NCBI RefSeq assembly: GCF_963921235.1
Contig: NC_086108.1
Coordinates: 69,938,001-70,002,000, forward strand
Source: Mobula hypostoma
Taxonomy: Eukaryota
DNA length: 64,000 nt
Reading direction: 5' to 3'
The translations under genes were made by a program, and so were the position numbers. The notes under the pieces are model-generated. The model did no database searches and was not told the DNA's origin. It saw only the letters and a list, made by a program, of their open reading frames with translations. Numbering within the stretch: position 1 is the stretch's first letter; each line of letters starts with the position of its first letter. Shown here one piece after another: positions 63,498 through 64,000 of the stretch.

Positions 63498-64000
63498 GGA
63501 ATGAAACAGACATTTTCCTTTGTCAGAAGTCTTGAAAGAAACCTTACCAGTTTTCATAACAAACAGAAAGAGATGGAAGACTTGTCTACCAATTCTCGGC
63601 AGTGACATGCAGTGAGTTGAAAAATAGTACAGAATGCCTGCAGACTATAATTTCCATTAGCATGCTTACACATAGTATGTTTCAGGTTGAGACTTTGCAT
63701 TAGGACTGCATTCTCAACGGACTATCCGGTTATAATGGTTATCCACAGTGCTTGTACTACAACAGCAACCATACTTGAGAAGTACTCCCTCAGCAGGACA
63801 GGACTCTTGGAAATCTAAAAGATGTGAAAATTTCCATATAAATGCATTTTTTCTCATTTCTTCCTTTGCGACATTTCCTCTTAATTTTCTGCTTATTTTT
63901 ACATAATTATCTCTCTGTTGCCAGTCAGACCCAGCTGCAATTTTGCATGTACAATTTGCAATTAATTATGCAAATAATATTAGTCTGGAAAAACAGAATG

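Noticed and set aside
44540..64000. RAB3B, the upstream neighbour of NRDC in mammals
   Set aside because: No Rab GTPase exon or C-terminal CXC coding sequence in a plausible context was recognised.
1..64000. CRISPR arrays, operons or other prokaryotic systems
   Set aside because: No regularly spaced repeat-spacer array; the spliceosomal introns and vertebrate TEs show that this is eukaryotic DNA.

Overview
Eukaryotic, AT-rich, repeat-dense vertebrate genomic DNA, most likely from a cartilaginous fish (inferred from the repeat mix: abundant CR1, Rex1/Babar, V-SINE and Penelope-derived palindromes). The only host protein gene I can support is nardilysin (NRDC, M16A metallopeptidase) on the minus strand. 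Eleven GT-AG exons from 31732 down to 3556 splice in frame into about 394 codons, including the acidic insert and the HFLEH zinc motif, and the gene continues off the left edge. The rest is mostly transposon debris: CR1, Rex1, RTE, L1, Hero, hAT and Tigger/pogo remnants, an old Gypsy chromovirus with both LTRs (51398-55893), and a nearly intact Nimb/I-clade LINE with a 15-bp TSD (57373-62652). The most interesting signals are an AUG-less, Arg-rich N-terminal extension of NRDC; an 840-bp locally templated insertion flanked by a 21-29 bp target duplication; hammerhead-ribozyme cores in Penelope-derived repeats; a multi-layer nested TE stack; and a candidate orphan TATA promoter with a first exon about 25 kb upstream of NRDC. 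No prokaryotic systems, CRISPR arrays or bona fide rRNA/tRNA genes were seen.
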